A DNA stretch of 64,000 nt from Chiloscyllium plagiosum. Its lineage: Eukaryota. The DNA is taken from NCBI RefSeq assembly GCF_004010195.1, contig NC_057750.1, positions 16,012,550 through 16,076,549 of the forward strand, read 5' to 3'. Below the pieces are notes generated by a model. That model searched no databases, was not told the DNA's origin, and saw only the letters and a list, made by a program, of their open reading frames with translations. The position numbers and the translations under genes were made by a program. Positions 1 to 13,435 of the stretch are shown one piece after another. The stretch's first letter is position 1, and each line of letters opens with the position of its first letter.

Positions 1-1414
1 TCTTAGCTTGAATCAAATAAATTCAGTCCTTGGTCCTCTCGGCATTGTAGTATTTCCTTTAACCAATCTTGCCACCCTTCTTTCTTTCCTTGCCTGTCTT
101 TTTGGAACATCTTCCAGAAATATTTAGGATCCAATCTTGTCTTTTTATGAGGTAGGCCCCCATTATTGACAGAACATCTGTTTTCTACATGGCTATTTAT
201 GCCTGCAACTCAGCAACCTGATTTGTTTAGTTTGTTCGTACAGTTAAATACATATTCAACTAATTTTTAAATGCGATCTTTTCTCTACATCCTTCAGACA
301 ATGAATTTTAGCCAGTCATTGCCTTCTGGCTTTTGTCTCCTGGTTACTGACCTATCTGCTAAGGACAGCAAGTTCTCCTTATCTACTGTTATTAGGACTC
401 TCTGTCAATTCCTGAATCCCTAAAATTACAAACTCATAATATACAATCTCTGAATATAGTTTAAATATCCTAGCAATATTCTTATATGTCTCCTTTATTC
501 CCTGCAGAGTGCTATCAGATGATTTCAGAAATGCAGTGAAATGAATTGCACATAGTATCTTCAGTGTGGTCTAAATGCTGTTTTATGCCATTCTAGCATA
601 ATTTTACTCATATTCTGTGCCTCAGCTAAAAGATAGTTTCCCATATGCATTCTTGATCACCATAAATACTTTCTGTTATTTTCAGGGATCTGTGATAATG
701 TCTCTTCTTGTTCACTTCTTGGTATGCTCCCATTCTTTATTATTTTAGTTGCTTGTTTCTCATCTTGAAATCTATATCTTCAGGGTTCAAAAAGCACAAG
801 TTTGGTGCAAATGTATTCTTGAAAGCCCAAAAAAGCCTGCAAAAATTCAATCACAGCGCAACCAATAAAAGAAAAGTAGTTGATTTGACAGCATGTTCTA
901 AATATATAACTGCTACTACTGGAAGGTCAAGAGCAGCAGATACATGGAAACACTGTCACCTGTGTGTTCTGCTCCAAGCCACACACCGTCCTGACTTAAA
1001 ACTAGGTCACTCGTACTTCACTGGGTCAAAATCTTGGAAATCCTTTCCAAGCATCCCTACTGGCCTGCCTACACTCTATAGGACTGCAGGGTTCAAGGAC
1101 CTCATCATCATCTTCACAAAGATGTGAAGAATGAATAATATATGTTGGCCCATTAAATGGGAATATATTGGCGACAGTATTTATCTTTAATGATCTAATT
1201 ATGGCATTGACCTTCTTTACATAAAGTAAACAAAACAAGGATTTTGAATGGCCTTGAAATTGAGTGAAATTTCATAGTATACGCGAATGCAGTGAGGCTG
1301 CCTCTACTGTTTTGTGGTGGTATAACTTGCAAAATGTTGTTGCCAAGTAAGCATATTGGTATGGCTTCTAGATATGTCATGACACACTGTGGAGCAAGTG
1401 GGACTCGATTAATC

Positions 1415-1755
1415 TGGGTTGTGGGAATTGCTGCCGAGATCAGCATTTATTGACCACTCCAAATTGCCTAGAGGGCATTTAAGAATCAACCACATTGCTG
1501 TGTGTCTGGAGTCACATTTAGGCCAGACCAGATAAGAATGGTAGTTTTCTTCCTTAAAGGACATCAGTGAACTAGGTGGATTTTTTTGACTATCAACAGC
1601 AGTTTCATGGTCAACATTAGATTCTTACTTCAGATTTTTATTGAATGCAGGTTCCACCATCTGCCATGGCGGGACTTGAATCTGGGTCCTCAGACCATTA
1701 CCTGTGTAGCTGGATTAATTGTCTCGTGAAAATACCTTGAGGTCACTGCCTCCGT
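1415..1755 (-). mobile_element. tRNA-derived shark SINE (DeuSINE/SacSINE1-like)
   Basis: reverse complement of the same family as 19947-20310 (ccacattgctgtg..ctggagtcaca..ggccagacca, tccttaaaggacatcagtgaac). Confidence 0.6.
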
Positions 1756-1920
1756 GAACATGGGCTTCCTGGCTCAGAATTAGGGATACTACCACTGTGC
1801 CATGGGAGTTCCTTTTAGTATAGTCTTCTATGTTTCGGTCATCTGGTTACAGTAGATAACAACTTAAATGTACATTGGTGTGTTGTATTTTCAGATTTTC
1901 CACTTTACCTGTCTTTGCAG

Positions 1921-2031
1921 AGACATGTATCTTCCAGTGATGATTTTTCTGACTATAGTGATGAGTCTGACTACAGTCCTGGGGAGAAGGGATATCGGAA
2001 ATATCGGGAATACAGTCCACCATATTCACAG
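1921..2031 (+). CDS. ZC3H4: ZC3H4 internal coding exon ([37 protein letters not shown])
   Basis: tttgcag| acceptor and CAG|gtaaag donor; 111 nt, phase 0/0; peptide closely matches recalled human ZC3H4 [35 protein letters not shown]. Confidence 0.92.
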
Positions 2032-3039
2032 GTAAAGACAACAGAGTAGAATATTAATTCTTTTTGTGCTACCTCACTTTCCACTGCTATCTTCAAGGTA
2101 TTTTCTCTAATGGTTAGTATAGGTTTGGCCTCAGAAAAGCATTTTCTCTTTGGATGTCTCTTGCCATCACTCCATGCTGTATCAATGACATTAGAATCTG
2201 GAGCATAAGTATGCCATTCCATTCCATTCCTTGAATCTATATGATTATGGCTGAACTGATTGTGGCATTAACTGCACTTTCAGTCCATCCCCAACAAACC
2301 TTAGCATCCTTGCGGATCAAAAATCTATTTAACTTATCTATTTAACATTGAATATTTTCAATGCCCCTGCTTCCACAGTGTGCTGCAGAAGGGAATTCCA
2401 AATGTTTATTACTCTCTTCATCTCTGTTGTTATGACCAGGTGAGAAGATATAACTGTGTTTTCTCTTTTCCTGCTCCTGTTTTCCCACAATAATTTTTTA
2501 AATTTAAAAGCAGGATGTTGTATAGCCAATTCAATAAGTATTTAGGCTGTTGCAGATTGTAAGAATTAAGCCAGACACACATTCTTGAAAGAAGTGAGTT
2601 CTATTTTGTTTTATTGCTAAACCCACGCAGGTAAAAGTATTGGAAAGACTGTTTAAAAAATGTTCAAATGTATCTTACTCCACACTAATGTGCACAAATG
2701 TATGTGCTCCCCAAGTATACAAAAATTGAATACAGGTTTGCGGTGTTTCAGGTTTTTCTTAACATTAGATTCTTGTTCATTCTTGGCCAATTTAAGAATG
2801 CAAGTTTTAAAAGAAAAAGAGAAGTTAATGAAGATTCACTAAACCATTTGCTTAACACTAATTTCTGGTGATTCTGTTCTCCTGGAATCATTGTTGCTTG
2901 GTTGAAATCTTCCCTCAAGATTCTGTGTTTACAGCAAGGAGGTTCTGATTAATTTTCAAGCCTTAGCCAAATAGACCCCTGCTGCCAATGGCAAGGCCTA
3001 AACAACATTAAAGGATACAAAATAAAGCAGAGCAAGATA

Positions 3040-4720
3040 GCTGACTAAGACACATCTCTCTCTTGCGCGCTCAACGCGGTTCGAGCAGAATACCAATGGC
3101 GCAGTGACACCTGCCCCGATAACCCCGGATGCACCTGTGCCCACTGCCACCGCTGCAGACATCAGATCGGTCTTCCTGGGAGTCAAGTTAAGGAAAGCAA
3201 AGGGCCTGGACGGTGTCTATGGTCGAGGACTCAGATTCTGTGCGGACCACTCAGTGGAGTTTTTCACTGACATCTTCAACCTCTCTCTACTACAAACTAA
3301 AGTCCCCACCTTCTTCCAGAAGATTACATCATCCTACGAAAGCACATTCAATATGCCTTGATGACTACCACCCAGTGGCTCTGATCTCAATAATCATGAA
3401 GTGCTTTGAGAGGCTGGTTACAGCCCACATCAGCTAAAGTCTCACAGCCTGCCTCGATTCCTTATAATTTGCCTAAAAATGTAGCGGGTCCACGGCAAAT
3501 GCCATATCCCTAGCCTTGCACTCACCTCTGGAATATCTGGACAACAAGGACACCTCCGTCAGACTCCTGCTCATTGACTACAGCTCCCCCTTCAAAACCA
3601 TTATCCCCTCCAGACTGATTTCAGAACTCCAAGATCTTTGTCTCGGCTCCGTCCTTTGCAATTGGATCCTCAGCTTCCTGACCCACAGACTGCAATCAGT
3701 GAAGATAGGAAATTGCATCTCCTCCACAATAACACTGACCACTGGAGACCCCCAAGGATATAACCTCAACCCCCTACTATACTTCCTATACATCCTCGAC
3801 TGTATTGCCAAATTCCAAGATAATGCCGTCTGCATGTTCGCTGATGACACCACTGTAGTAAAATGGATATCTAACAACAAGTAAATATACAGAAGGAAGA
3901 TAGAGGGCTTTGTGACATGGTGCAATGTCAGCAAAATTAAAGAACTGATCATTGACTTCAGAAGGAAAGGAGGAGAATATGTCCTCATCTGCTGAGGTTC
4001 AGAGGGTGGAGAGCATTAGGTTCCTTGGATGTCTGATAATTGATAACCCGTCTTGGATTTCCCACGTAGATGCAATGGTCAAGAAGGCACAACAACGTCT
4101 CTTCTTCTTCAGGTGGTTCAGGAAATTTGACATGTCCATAAAGGCCTTCACCAACCTTTATAGATACACCATTGAAAGCGTACTTTCTGGTGCATGATGG
4201 TCTGGTATGGCAACGCCCAGGACCATAAGAAATTATAGAAGGTTGTGTGTCGAGTTCACCTTCCATCTGTGAAGTTCATTTACACAGCTCGTTGCTGTGG
4301 AAAGGCTGCCAACATCATCAAAGACCCATTGCACCCCTGTAATGATCTCCTACAACTCTTCCATCAGGCAGAAGATACAGAAGCTTGAACACATGCATCA
4401 GCAGGTTCAGGAACAGCTTCTTCTAGGTTGGGAGACTGGAGTTGATGTGGCTGTAACCAGCCTCTCGAAGCTGTTTACAGTAGCTTCTTTCATGCCATTA
4501 TTAGACTGATGAATGGACTCTGTAGTCTCAAATAATGCTGATCTTACTTACATTGATCTTGCCGAGTGCATACCCTGTGCAGTGTAACCTGTTTGACTCT
4601 GTCTAAGTCCTTTTACAACATTTGATCTGTGCATCCTTGCTGCTTATGATCTGTCTGTACTACTCGTAAACAAAATTTTCCACTGAACTTCGGTACGTGT
4701 GACAATAAATCAACCAATCA
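3040..4720 (+). mobile_element. Rex1/Babar-type LINE, 5'-truncated, decayed RT
   Basis: ORF fragments [47 protein letters not shown]; 3' end gtgacaataaa followed by tcaa repeats. Confidence 0.8.
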
Positions 4721-5809
4721 AGTTCAAGTCCAACAGTCAGATACAAAAGAGTTAATGTCTCTCCATGTTATTTGTGTATTCCAAAGACTATAGAATGCCC
4801 CCATTGCTTCTGTCTCACCAACATGTCATGGCCAAGAGGATTGACTGTGATGCTTAACATTGCATTTTTTATTTTTCTGCTTTGTACCAAGATTTTATAC
4901 GTAGATACCTAAGATGGTGCAGTAAGTGGTGAACTTGTTAACTTTTCACTGTACTCATATGAGTACATGTCACCATATGAGTACATGTCACAATAATGTA
5001 ATTCAATAATTTAGTTTCAGATATCGCAACCATTAATCTCGAATAATTCATCCTTCATCTTGATGTAAGAAGCTGAATCCGCAAACATGTCCAGTAATGC
5101 CATTGTCTCTAATCGGGTCTCCATGGAGAGAAATGTGGCTTTATAGACACAAATTAGCAACTACTTTATTCAGTAACCTTGGTTTAACACGAGTGTCTTT
5201 TAACAAAGCACTCCATAAAGGCCAGCCAATAAAATTACAATTAATCTTTGTTGCACCAATTAAATGTTTTTAAATTGTTCCCCCAGTTTTAGATTCCCTC
5301 CCAGCCTGCCTCAGTCACCATGAGAGGAAACATTTTCCAGCATCTGTCCTGTCCAGCCCCCTCAGAATCTTGTATGTTTGAATATAATCTCCTTCTTCTA
5401 AACTCTAATGAGCATAGGCCCAACCTTCTCCACCTTTGCTTATAAGACCAACCGATCTTCCCAGAAATTGCCTTCTCTGAATGACAGGTTGAGAGAGTGG
5501 CTAACAAATCATATAGTTTCTTATACTTGAATCACAAATCATGGAGTACAAGAGCAAGATAGTTATGTTAAACATGTCTAAACTTGGCCTCATGTCTGGG
5601 TGCCATTGAAGGAAAGGTTCAAAAAAGTTAGTGAGAATGAAGGAAAAATAACAAGAACAGAAGTTGGGACTGTTTTTCTCAGAGAAAGGAAGGTTGGAAG
5701 TAATTTGCCATAAGATGTTCAAAGTCATGACGTGTCTGGTATCAGGAAAATCTACTCCCATTGATAGAAGGATTGAGAATGAGAGGGCACAGATTTAATA
5801 TGTTTTTCT

Positions 5810-6100
5810 TTATTCTTTCATGGGATGAATATGTTATTGGCAAGGCCAACATTGTTGTCCATCCCTAATTGTCCTTGAAGTGAGTGGCTTGCGAGGCCAT
5901 TTTAGAGGGCAATAAAGAGTCAACCACATTGCTCTGGTTCTGGAGTCATGAGTAGGTCAGACTAGGTAAGAATGACAGATTTCCTTGCTTAAAAGGTATT
6001 GGGGAGTCAAGTGGTTTTACAGCAATTGGTACATTAGTTGCATGGTCACTGTTACAGAGACAAGCTTTATGATTCCAGTTTAAAAAAGTGAATTTAAATT
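5810..6100 (-). mobile_element. Shark SINE (DeuSINE/SacSINE1-like) fragment
   Basis: aagagtcaaccacattgct..ctggagtca shared with the other copies. Confidence 0.5.
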
Positions 6101-7654
6101 CATCTGAACATGGACCAAGGTTAGGCTATTTGGCTCCTCCAGCCTGTGCTGCCATTTAAAAATATCATGGGTGATCTGATTGTAACCTCAAATCTGTATT
6201 CCTGCCTACCCCATATTCTCTAATAACCTTTTAACCCAATTGCTCAACAACAGTCTTTCCACCTCTCTCTCAAAAATATTCAAAGTCTCTCTTTCCATCA
6301 CCTTATCAGGTAGAGTTACAAAGATTCGTGACCCTCTGAGAGAAAAAGTTTGCCTAATCTTTCTTAAATGGGTGAACCCTTATTTTGAAGGTATAATCCT
6401 TTGTTCAATATTCTCCTACATGTGGAAACATCCTCTCCATATCTACTTTGTCAAGACCTCTCGGAATCTTATTTTTAAATCAAGTTATCACTTGTTCTTC
6501 TAAAGTCCAGCAGATACAAATCTATTCTGTTATACCTTTCCTCATATGACCACCCACCCATTCCAGGCATTAGTCTGGTAAACCTTCTCTGCACTTCCAA
6601 TGAATTTAAATCCTTCTTTAGATCAGATGACTAATACTATGCATACTACTCTAACTGCCATGGTGGAATTTGAATCCATACTTAGTCGAGGCTTCTGCAT
6701 TATTATTGTACTACCATTACCACTACATTACTGTCTTCCCATTGGCAAAAGAAGCAATGGAGGCATGATGAGAAACTTGTTCACGCAATGACTGGTAAAG
6801 GAGGAGCAAATGAGGGGAGAGTTGTGGGCAGAATAAGGACTCTATGACATGCAGTCAGCATCATTGAGAGGAGCAGTTGAAGTGAGGACCCTCATAGAGA
6901 AACAGACAGACCAGTTGCAGACCTGAGTGGAACTTGGGGTATAATCAAGAGCAAGATTTTTGTAGTCTGTTCTTGAATAGGAGCATATTCTTGAGTAGGA
7001 GCAAGGGTCTCATAAAACCAAGAGGGTCCATATCCTATGTATTATATGTCTGAGGAGCTTAGGCCCATGATTTGAACATCTTGGACTATGTGGAAAATCC
7101 TAGCATTTCTTGGCTAGCTGGATGACTATGTTTGTGTGAGGTCCCTCTGCTTGGAGTGACTCGAATTCAAGGCTTGGAAGCTTGAGCGGCACCTCAGGGC
7201 ATCATGGTACATTCGCGAGGCTGAGAAGTTCATGGATAGCACATTTCAGGATGTGGTCATGCTGCAGTTTAAGTAATTATAAGCAGAGAGGGAATGGGTG
7301 ACTGCCACACGGAAGAAGGGGACCAGGCAGGTAGTGGGGAATCCCCCAGAGTGCAACTTGCTTGCAAGCTATTTTTCAGCCTTAGAAAATGGTAAGAGAA
7401 AATGTTTTCCTCTGGAGATTGGGCAGAGCCAAATCTATGTTATTGTAGATGGTCAATTGCTCTGGGAATTGGTGAAGGTGGGCAGGTATGATAGGGCAGT
7501 AGTGATAGGAAATTCATTAGTGAGGGGCGTAGACAGAGGCTTCTGTACTTTACAAGTGACTCCCAAGATATATGTTGCCTCCCGGGTGCGAGGATCAGTG
7601 ATGTCACAAAACAATTGAAGGGCATTCTGAAGGGTAATGGATGGCCAGAGGTTG

Positions 7655-8153
7655 TAATTATAGAGTCATAGAGATGTCCAGCATGGAAAGACCAACCCGT
7701 CCATGCCGACCAGATATCCCAACCCAATCTAGTTCCACCTGTCAGCACCTGACCCATATCCCTCCAAACCCTTCCTATTCATATACCCATCCAAATACCT
7801 CTTAAATGTTGCAATTGTACCAGTCTCCACCACTTCCTCTGGAAGCTCATTCCATACCCGTACCACCCTCTGTGTGAAAAGGTTGCCCCTTAGGTCGCTT
7901 TTATATCTTTCACTCTCGCCCTAAACTTATGCCCTCTAGTTCTGGACTCCCCTACCCCAGGAAAAAGACTTTGCCTAATTATCCTATCCATGCCCCTCAC
8001 AATTTTGTAAACCTCTATAAGGTCACCCCTCCACCTCCGACGCTCCAGGCAAAACAGCCCCAGCCTGTTCAGCCTCTCCCTATAGCTTAAATCCTCCAAC
8101 CCTGACAACATCCTTGTAACCCTTTCAAGTTTCACAACATCTTTCCGATAGGA
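7655..8153 (-). mobile_element. CR1 LINE 3' fragment nested in an older CR1
   Basis: ORF 7890..8135 LSYRERLNRLGLFCLERRRWRGDLIEVYKI. Confidence 0.85.
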
Positions 8154-8848
8154 TCATATTGGGACAAATGATATAGGAAGAAAGAGAAATGAAGTTCTGC
8201 AAAGCAGGTGTTAGGGAGTTTGATAGGAAATTGGAAAGCACGACTTAACGGTCATGTTCTTCAAATTATTCCCAGTTCCAGGCAGGAGTGAGTAGAAGGA
8301 TAGAGCAGATGAATATATGTCTCAAGAGGTAGTGCAAGCGAGAGGACTTTAGATTCATAATGCATTGCTACTGTTTCTGGATGTAAAGGGACATCAAGAT
8401 TAGGATTAAGAAAAAAGCAGTTTATGGCAGATATGGAGGGATCAATATGGTAGAGGATTATAGAAAGTGTGGGGCAATATTAAAAAAGAAGTTAGGAAAG
8501 CAAAATGTGTGTATGAGAAAGCATTGATGAATAGAATAAAAGAAAATCCAAAGGTTTTTTTTTAAAAGATATAAAGGGCGAGACACAACTAGGGAAAGAA
8601 TAGGGATCAATCAATAGAGATAATCTGTGTCTGAACCTAGAAGACAAGGCAATCTTCAGTGAATACTTTGTGTCAGTCTTCACAATGGAAATGGACGACA
8701 CAGGTCTAGACGTTAGAGTGGAGCACAATAAAATATTCAATTAACATAGAAAGAGGAAGTACTAATGGGTTTAGCAGCCTTCTAAGGGGATAAATCTGCA
8801 GATCTGGATGAGGTGTACCTCAAGCTGTCAAGGGAGGAGAGATCAGGA

Positions 8849-9140
8849 GATACTGTAGATGCTAGAAATCTGAATCAAACACTGAGAATGCTGTGCAAAC
8901 TCACTAGCTCCTGTAACATTTGTAGAGAGTGAAATAAAGTTAACATTTTAGGTCTGGTATGATTTCTTCTGCAGAACTGGAAGGTGTTGGAAAATGTTTT
9001 TTTTAATACATAACAGAGGCAGAGGCTAAATTCATTCAGTTCTGAAGAAGAGTAATGCTGAACTTGAAATGTTAACTGTGTTTCTCTCTCCACATATGCT
9101 GCCAGACCTGATGAGTCTCCCCAACATTTTGTGTGTTTGT
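8849..9140. mobile_element. Penelope-like inverted-terminus element (family D) with decayed hammerhead
   Basis: inverted arms; + strand agtt CTGAAGA AGAGT…ACTT GAAA TGTT aact at ~9038-9076. Confidence 0.6.
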
Positions 9141-11908
9141 AGGACATGTCAGGGACCCTGGCAGTAATTTTCAAGTCCCTTGGTCAAGGGTGCCAGAGGA
9201 CTGGAGGACTTCTAATGTAATCCTATTGTTAAAATTGTAGGATGGGTTAGACCAGAAAATTACAGTCCTGCCAGTCTAACCTGGGTGATGGGGAAGTTAT
9301 TGGAAAGAATTCAGAGAAACAGAATATATCTGCATTTGGTAATGTGGATTCATCAGGGGTAGTGAACATGGATTTGTGAACGGAGGGTTGTGTTTGATAA
9401 ATTTGATTATGTTTTGTGAGGAAGTAACCAGGAGTGTTCATGAGGGAAATCTGTTTAATGTAGTCTACATGACTTTAACAAGACTCTTGATAAAGCTGGC
9501 TTGGCAGACTGGTTAGAAAGTAAGAGCCGATGGGGTGCAATGAAAAGTGGCACCCTGATCCAACACTCGTTGAAGGTCATGAAGTTGAGGTGATGATGGA
9601 GAGATGCTTACGAGACAAAAAGTCTGTTTTCCGTGGGGTTCCACAGGGCTCGGTGCTAGGGCTCTTGCTGTTTGTGCTGTACATAATGATTTGAACTTTA
9701 ATTTTGCCATCAGGAAGTTCATAGATGACACAAAAATGGATAGAATGGTAAGCAGGGAAGAGACTACCCTTAAACTACAGAGGAATATCAGTAGACTGCT
9801 CAGGTGGGCAGAGCAGTGCAAAATTGAATTCAACCCAGAAAAGTGTGAAGTAGTGCACTCAGGGAGTCTAATAAGGCAAGGGATTACACAATGAATGGTA
9901 AAATCCTGGAAATTATTGATGATCAGAGGGACCATGCTGTCCATATCCACAGATCTCTGAAGGTAACAGGCAGATACATTGGGTGATTAAAAAGGCTTAG
10001 GGGATACTTTCCTTTAGTAGCAAAGGTATAGAGTACAAGAGCAAGGACCCCAGCCTTGACATTCACAGTGTGAAACCTAGAGAATAGGAGCAGGAATAGG
10101 CCATTAAGCCTTTCAAGCCTGCTTCACTATTCAATATGATCATGACTGATCCCCCATCTAAATGCCATGCCTCTGCACTCTATCTGCACACCTTGGGACT
10201 TTGATCAGCCATTTCATTCTTGCTTCTGCAGTGTGACCACCTCGCTGTAGGAGTTAACCACAAAGATCTCAGCTTTGCCGATCCTCCACAGTGACTTCAT
10301 CTGAGAAGTGGGTATCAGTAGCTGCAGCTGGAAATGTGCTGCACACATGATCACCATGTACACAGGAAGTGTCCCTGATTTCCCACAACTCAAAGGAGAG
10401 GAGCAACTTACCTCTGGCCAAGCTGCCTTGCCATCACTTGCTCTTAAAATACTCTTTCCGTTTACTTTGTATTAAAGAATGTAAATATATGCCAGGGAGC
10501 TGGTTTTATTATGACTCTATTCAAGACGGAATTAGATCATTATCTGAAAAAGAAAGAATCAGGGTTATTGGGAAAAGCCAAGAGGATGACATTAGCTGAA
10601 TTGCTCATTCAGAAACATGATGGGTCAAATGGTCTGTGTTGCAGCAATTCCAAGATTGTTCCAGTGCTTCCAGTTCTAGTTAGAGTTGATTCACCAGGAT
10701 GTTACCTGAGCTGGAACGTTGCAACTATGCAAATAGAATAGAGAAGTGTAGTGTAAGGAGGAAGCTGATTGCGATCGATAAAATTAAGAGGCATGGATAG
10801 GGAGAAACTTAACCCCTCGTAGAGGGGTCAGTAATCAGAAGCCATATACTTAAGGTCAGGAGCAAGAGGTTAAGATGGCGTTTAATGAAGAATTTTTTGA
10901 TATTTGGAATTTGCTGCCTCAAAGGACAGTAGAGGCAGAAACATTGAAAACTTATTTAAATGAGAACTTGAAATGCTGTACCATACAAGGCTGCGGGCTA
11001 AGTCCGGGCAAATGGGATTGGAGTAGATAGGCACTTAATGACTGGCTTTGACGCAACGGAGCAAGTAATCCATTTTTCTCGGCTGTACAGCTTAAATTCT
11101 GGGCATGGTCTCATTGTTCTAGCCACTCTATCCTATTTTTTATACTCCATTTCCATAAATGTGACACAACAATCCCAACCCTTACTTGGGGAGCATATCT
11201 CTCATGCTGCCATTATCGTTCAAAATTAGGTTTTGTAACATCCGTTGGTTAAGAGTTTTAGTGAACTTTTTAGTGCAAGATTTGAATTTCCTGTTGGTAT
11301 TTAGGAGATATTAGAAATACTATGTTAGATTTATTTTTAAAATAATGCAGATGTGCTATTTTGAGAAATAAATCACTATATTCCCCCAAGACTCTGCCTA
11401 AATGTAACTGAATAAACATTGAGAACTAGAGCTTGTTTAAGAATTGAAGACAAAGACTGGCATTCGCATAATGCCTTTTAAGATGTTAGAGTGTCTCAAT
11501 TTGCTTTACAGTCAACCAGTCATATTTTAAGGTATAGGCAGTGTAGTAATGCTGAAACAGCAATGTCTCACTAACAACAGTAAAATTATACCACATAATC
11601 TGATCTGGTGATGTTTGTTGAGGTACAAAAGTTGATCAGAGCACCACTGCCATGGGATCTTTTAGGTCCATCTGGGAGGGTCTTGGTTTAAAATCTCATC
11701 AGAAGTGTAGCACCTCCAACTATGGTTAATTCTCTCGGGACTGTACCACAATACCCATTTCAGTTTTGTACTCAGATCTCTATAGTGAGACTTCAACCTA
11801 AGAACGATTCCACTGATCATGGTTGACATCATTATAAAATATTCTGGCTCACTTCAATCAGGGTAAGTTAACTACATTATGCCAATGAATAGTGAAGTAT
11901 AGAAAATA

Positions 11909-12230
11909 GGGTGGCATGGTGGCTCAGTGGTTAGCACTGCTGCCTCTCAGTGCCAGGGACTCTGGTTCGATTCCAGCCTCAGGTGACTGTGTGTGTGGAG
12001 TTTGCACTTTTAACCCATATTTGTGTGCGTTCCTCCCATAGTCCAGAAATGTGCAGGTTAAGTGAATTGGCCATGCTAAATTGCCCATAGCATTGAGGGA
12101 TGTGCAAGCTAGGTGGGTTAGTCAGGGGAAATTTAGAGTAATAGGGTTGGGTACTTGCCTGGGTGGGTTACTCTTTGGAGGGTCACTGTGGATTTATTGG
12201 GCCAAATGACTTGTTTCCACACTCTATGAT
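11909..12230 (+). mobile_element. HE1-like (V-SINE) tRNA-derived shark SINE
   Basis: A box tggctcagtgg, B box ggttcgattcc, central tgtgtggagtttgcac, CR1-like tail. Confidence 0.8.
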
Positions 12231-12729
12231 TTCCTTTCTTCTTAACTTCTGTACTTGTCCTCTGTCAATTCATTTCCTAATTAATTATTGCTGCTATTGT
12301 TCCAGATCTTGTTTTACTGGTATGTTCTTTTTTTAATCCATCCACTCTTCTTTTCTTCCTTGTGAGTTTTTTTTTGTTGTATTGATTTAACAGGGAGATG
12401 ATGGAGAAATGATTCTCTCTATAGTTAATAACAAGCAATAGTAAATTCTCTTGCTTACTTGGTAATAGATTGAAGCAGGAATTCAGAAAGAATCAGCAGG
12501 GGATGGTGCAGAATCTTCCCAAACTATTTATTTGGTGATGGAGAGAGAGAGAGAGAGCAATACAATTTATGGGAAGAGTCTGAGAGAAGAGATAATATGA
12601 TTTTATTTGCGAAGTTAGAACATTATAACTGAGTATTCCAACTTACCTGAATCACTGAGTAAAAAAAAACCAAGGAACTGCAGATGCTGTAAGTAAGAAA
12701 CAAAAACAAAATTGCTGGAAAAGATTCCA

Positions 12730-13435
12730 TTTTGGCCGGAAAAATAAAAGGGGAAATTATTATTTTAAATGGGAATCACAATCAAAGTGCATCAGTGCAG
12801 AGGGATCTAGGTAGCCTTGTGCGTGAATCGCAAACAATGGGTGCGCAGGCGCAGCATATCGTAAGAAAGGCAAATGGAATCTTGGCATTTGTTCCAAAAG
12901 GACTGGATTATAAAAGTAAAGAAGTATTGTTACAATTACATAAAGCATTGATGAGACCACACCTGGGGTATTATGTACAATTTTGATCTCCTTATTTGAG
13001 GAAGAATGTGGTGGCACTGGAGGCATTTCAGAGGAAGTTCACCAGATTGTTTCCAAAGATGAAAGAGCTGTCATACAAGGAGCGGTTGAACAGTTTGGGC
13101 TTGTACTCCCTAGACTTCAGAAGAATGAGAGGGGATATGATTCTGATCTATAAAATGCTAAAGGGAATTGATTATATGGATGTTTAACAATGTTCCCCAT
13201 AGTCTCAAACAAGAGGTCTTGATATTGAGTGAGAGGAGCTAGGCTCAAAACCAGATGAGGAGACACTACTTCTCTCAGAGGGTTATGAATCTGTGGAACA
13301 CACTGTCCCAGTGTGCAGTTGAGGCAGAATCAATCAACATATTCAAGGAAGAAATAGATCTGTTTCTGATGAAGAATGGGATAAATGGCTTTGGGGAGCA
13401 AGTACGAAATTGGAGTTGAGACCAGGACAAGATCA
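12730..13435 (+). mobile_element. CR1 LINE 3' fragment
   Basis: ORFs 12732 and 12996 (QRDLG, RPHLGYYVQF, LSYKERLNSLGLYSL). Confidence 0.8.

Larger units (their letters stand above)
6800..11100 (+). mobile_element. Old CR1 LINE (ORF1 esterase-like region plus RT remnants), interrupted by nested insertions
   Basis: VVIGNSLVRGVDRGFC (CR1 ORF1), KFIDDTKM and FNPEKCEVVH (RT), CR1 3' tail near 11000. Confidence 0.65.

Noticed and set aside
708..1127. 139-aa ORF as a possible additional exon or gene
   Set aside because: No recognisable similarity to ZC3H4 or any family I know; it overlaps a decayed LINE-like tail.
4950..4992. 18-bp palindrome tgtactcatatgagtaca with a short tandem duplication
   Set aside because: Resembles the 3' stem-loop tail of a Rex/L2-type LINE (compare 4677-4710); an ordinary TE remnant.
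11909..11980. tRNA-like A/B boxes as a possible tRNA gene
   Set aside because: Head of a multi-copy SINE followed by SINE body and tail; no standalone cloverleaf.
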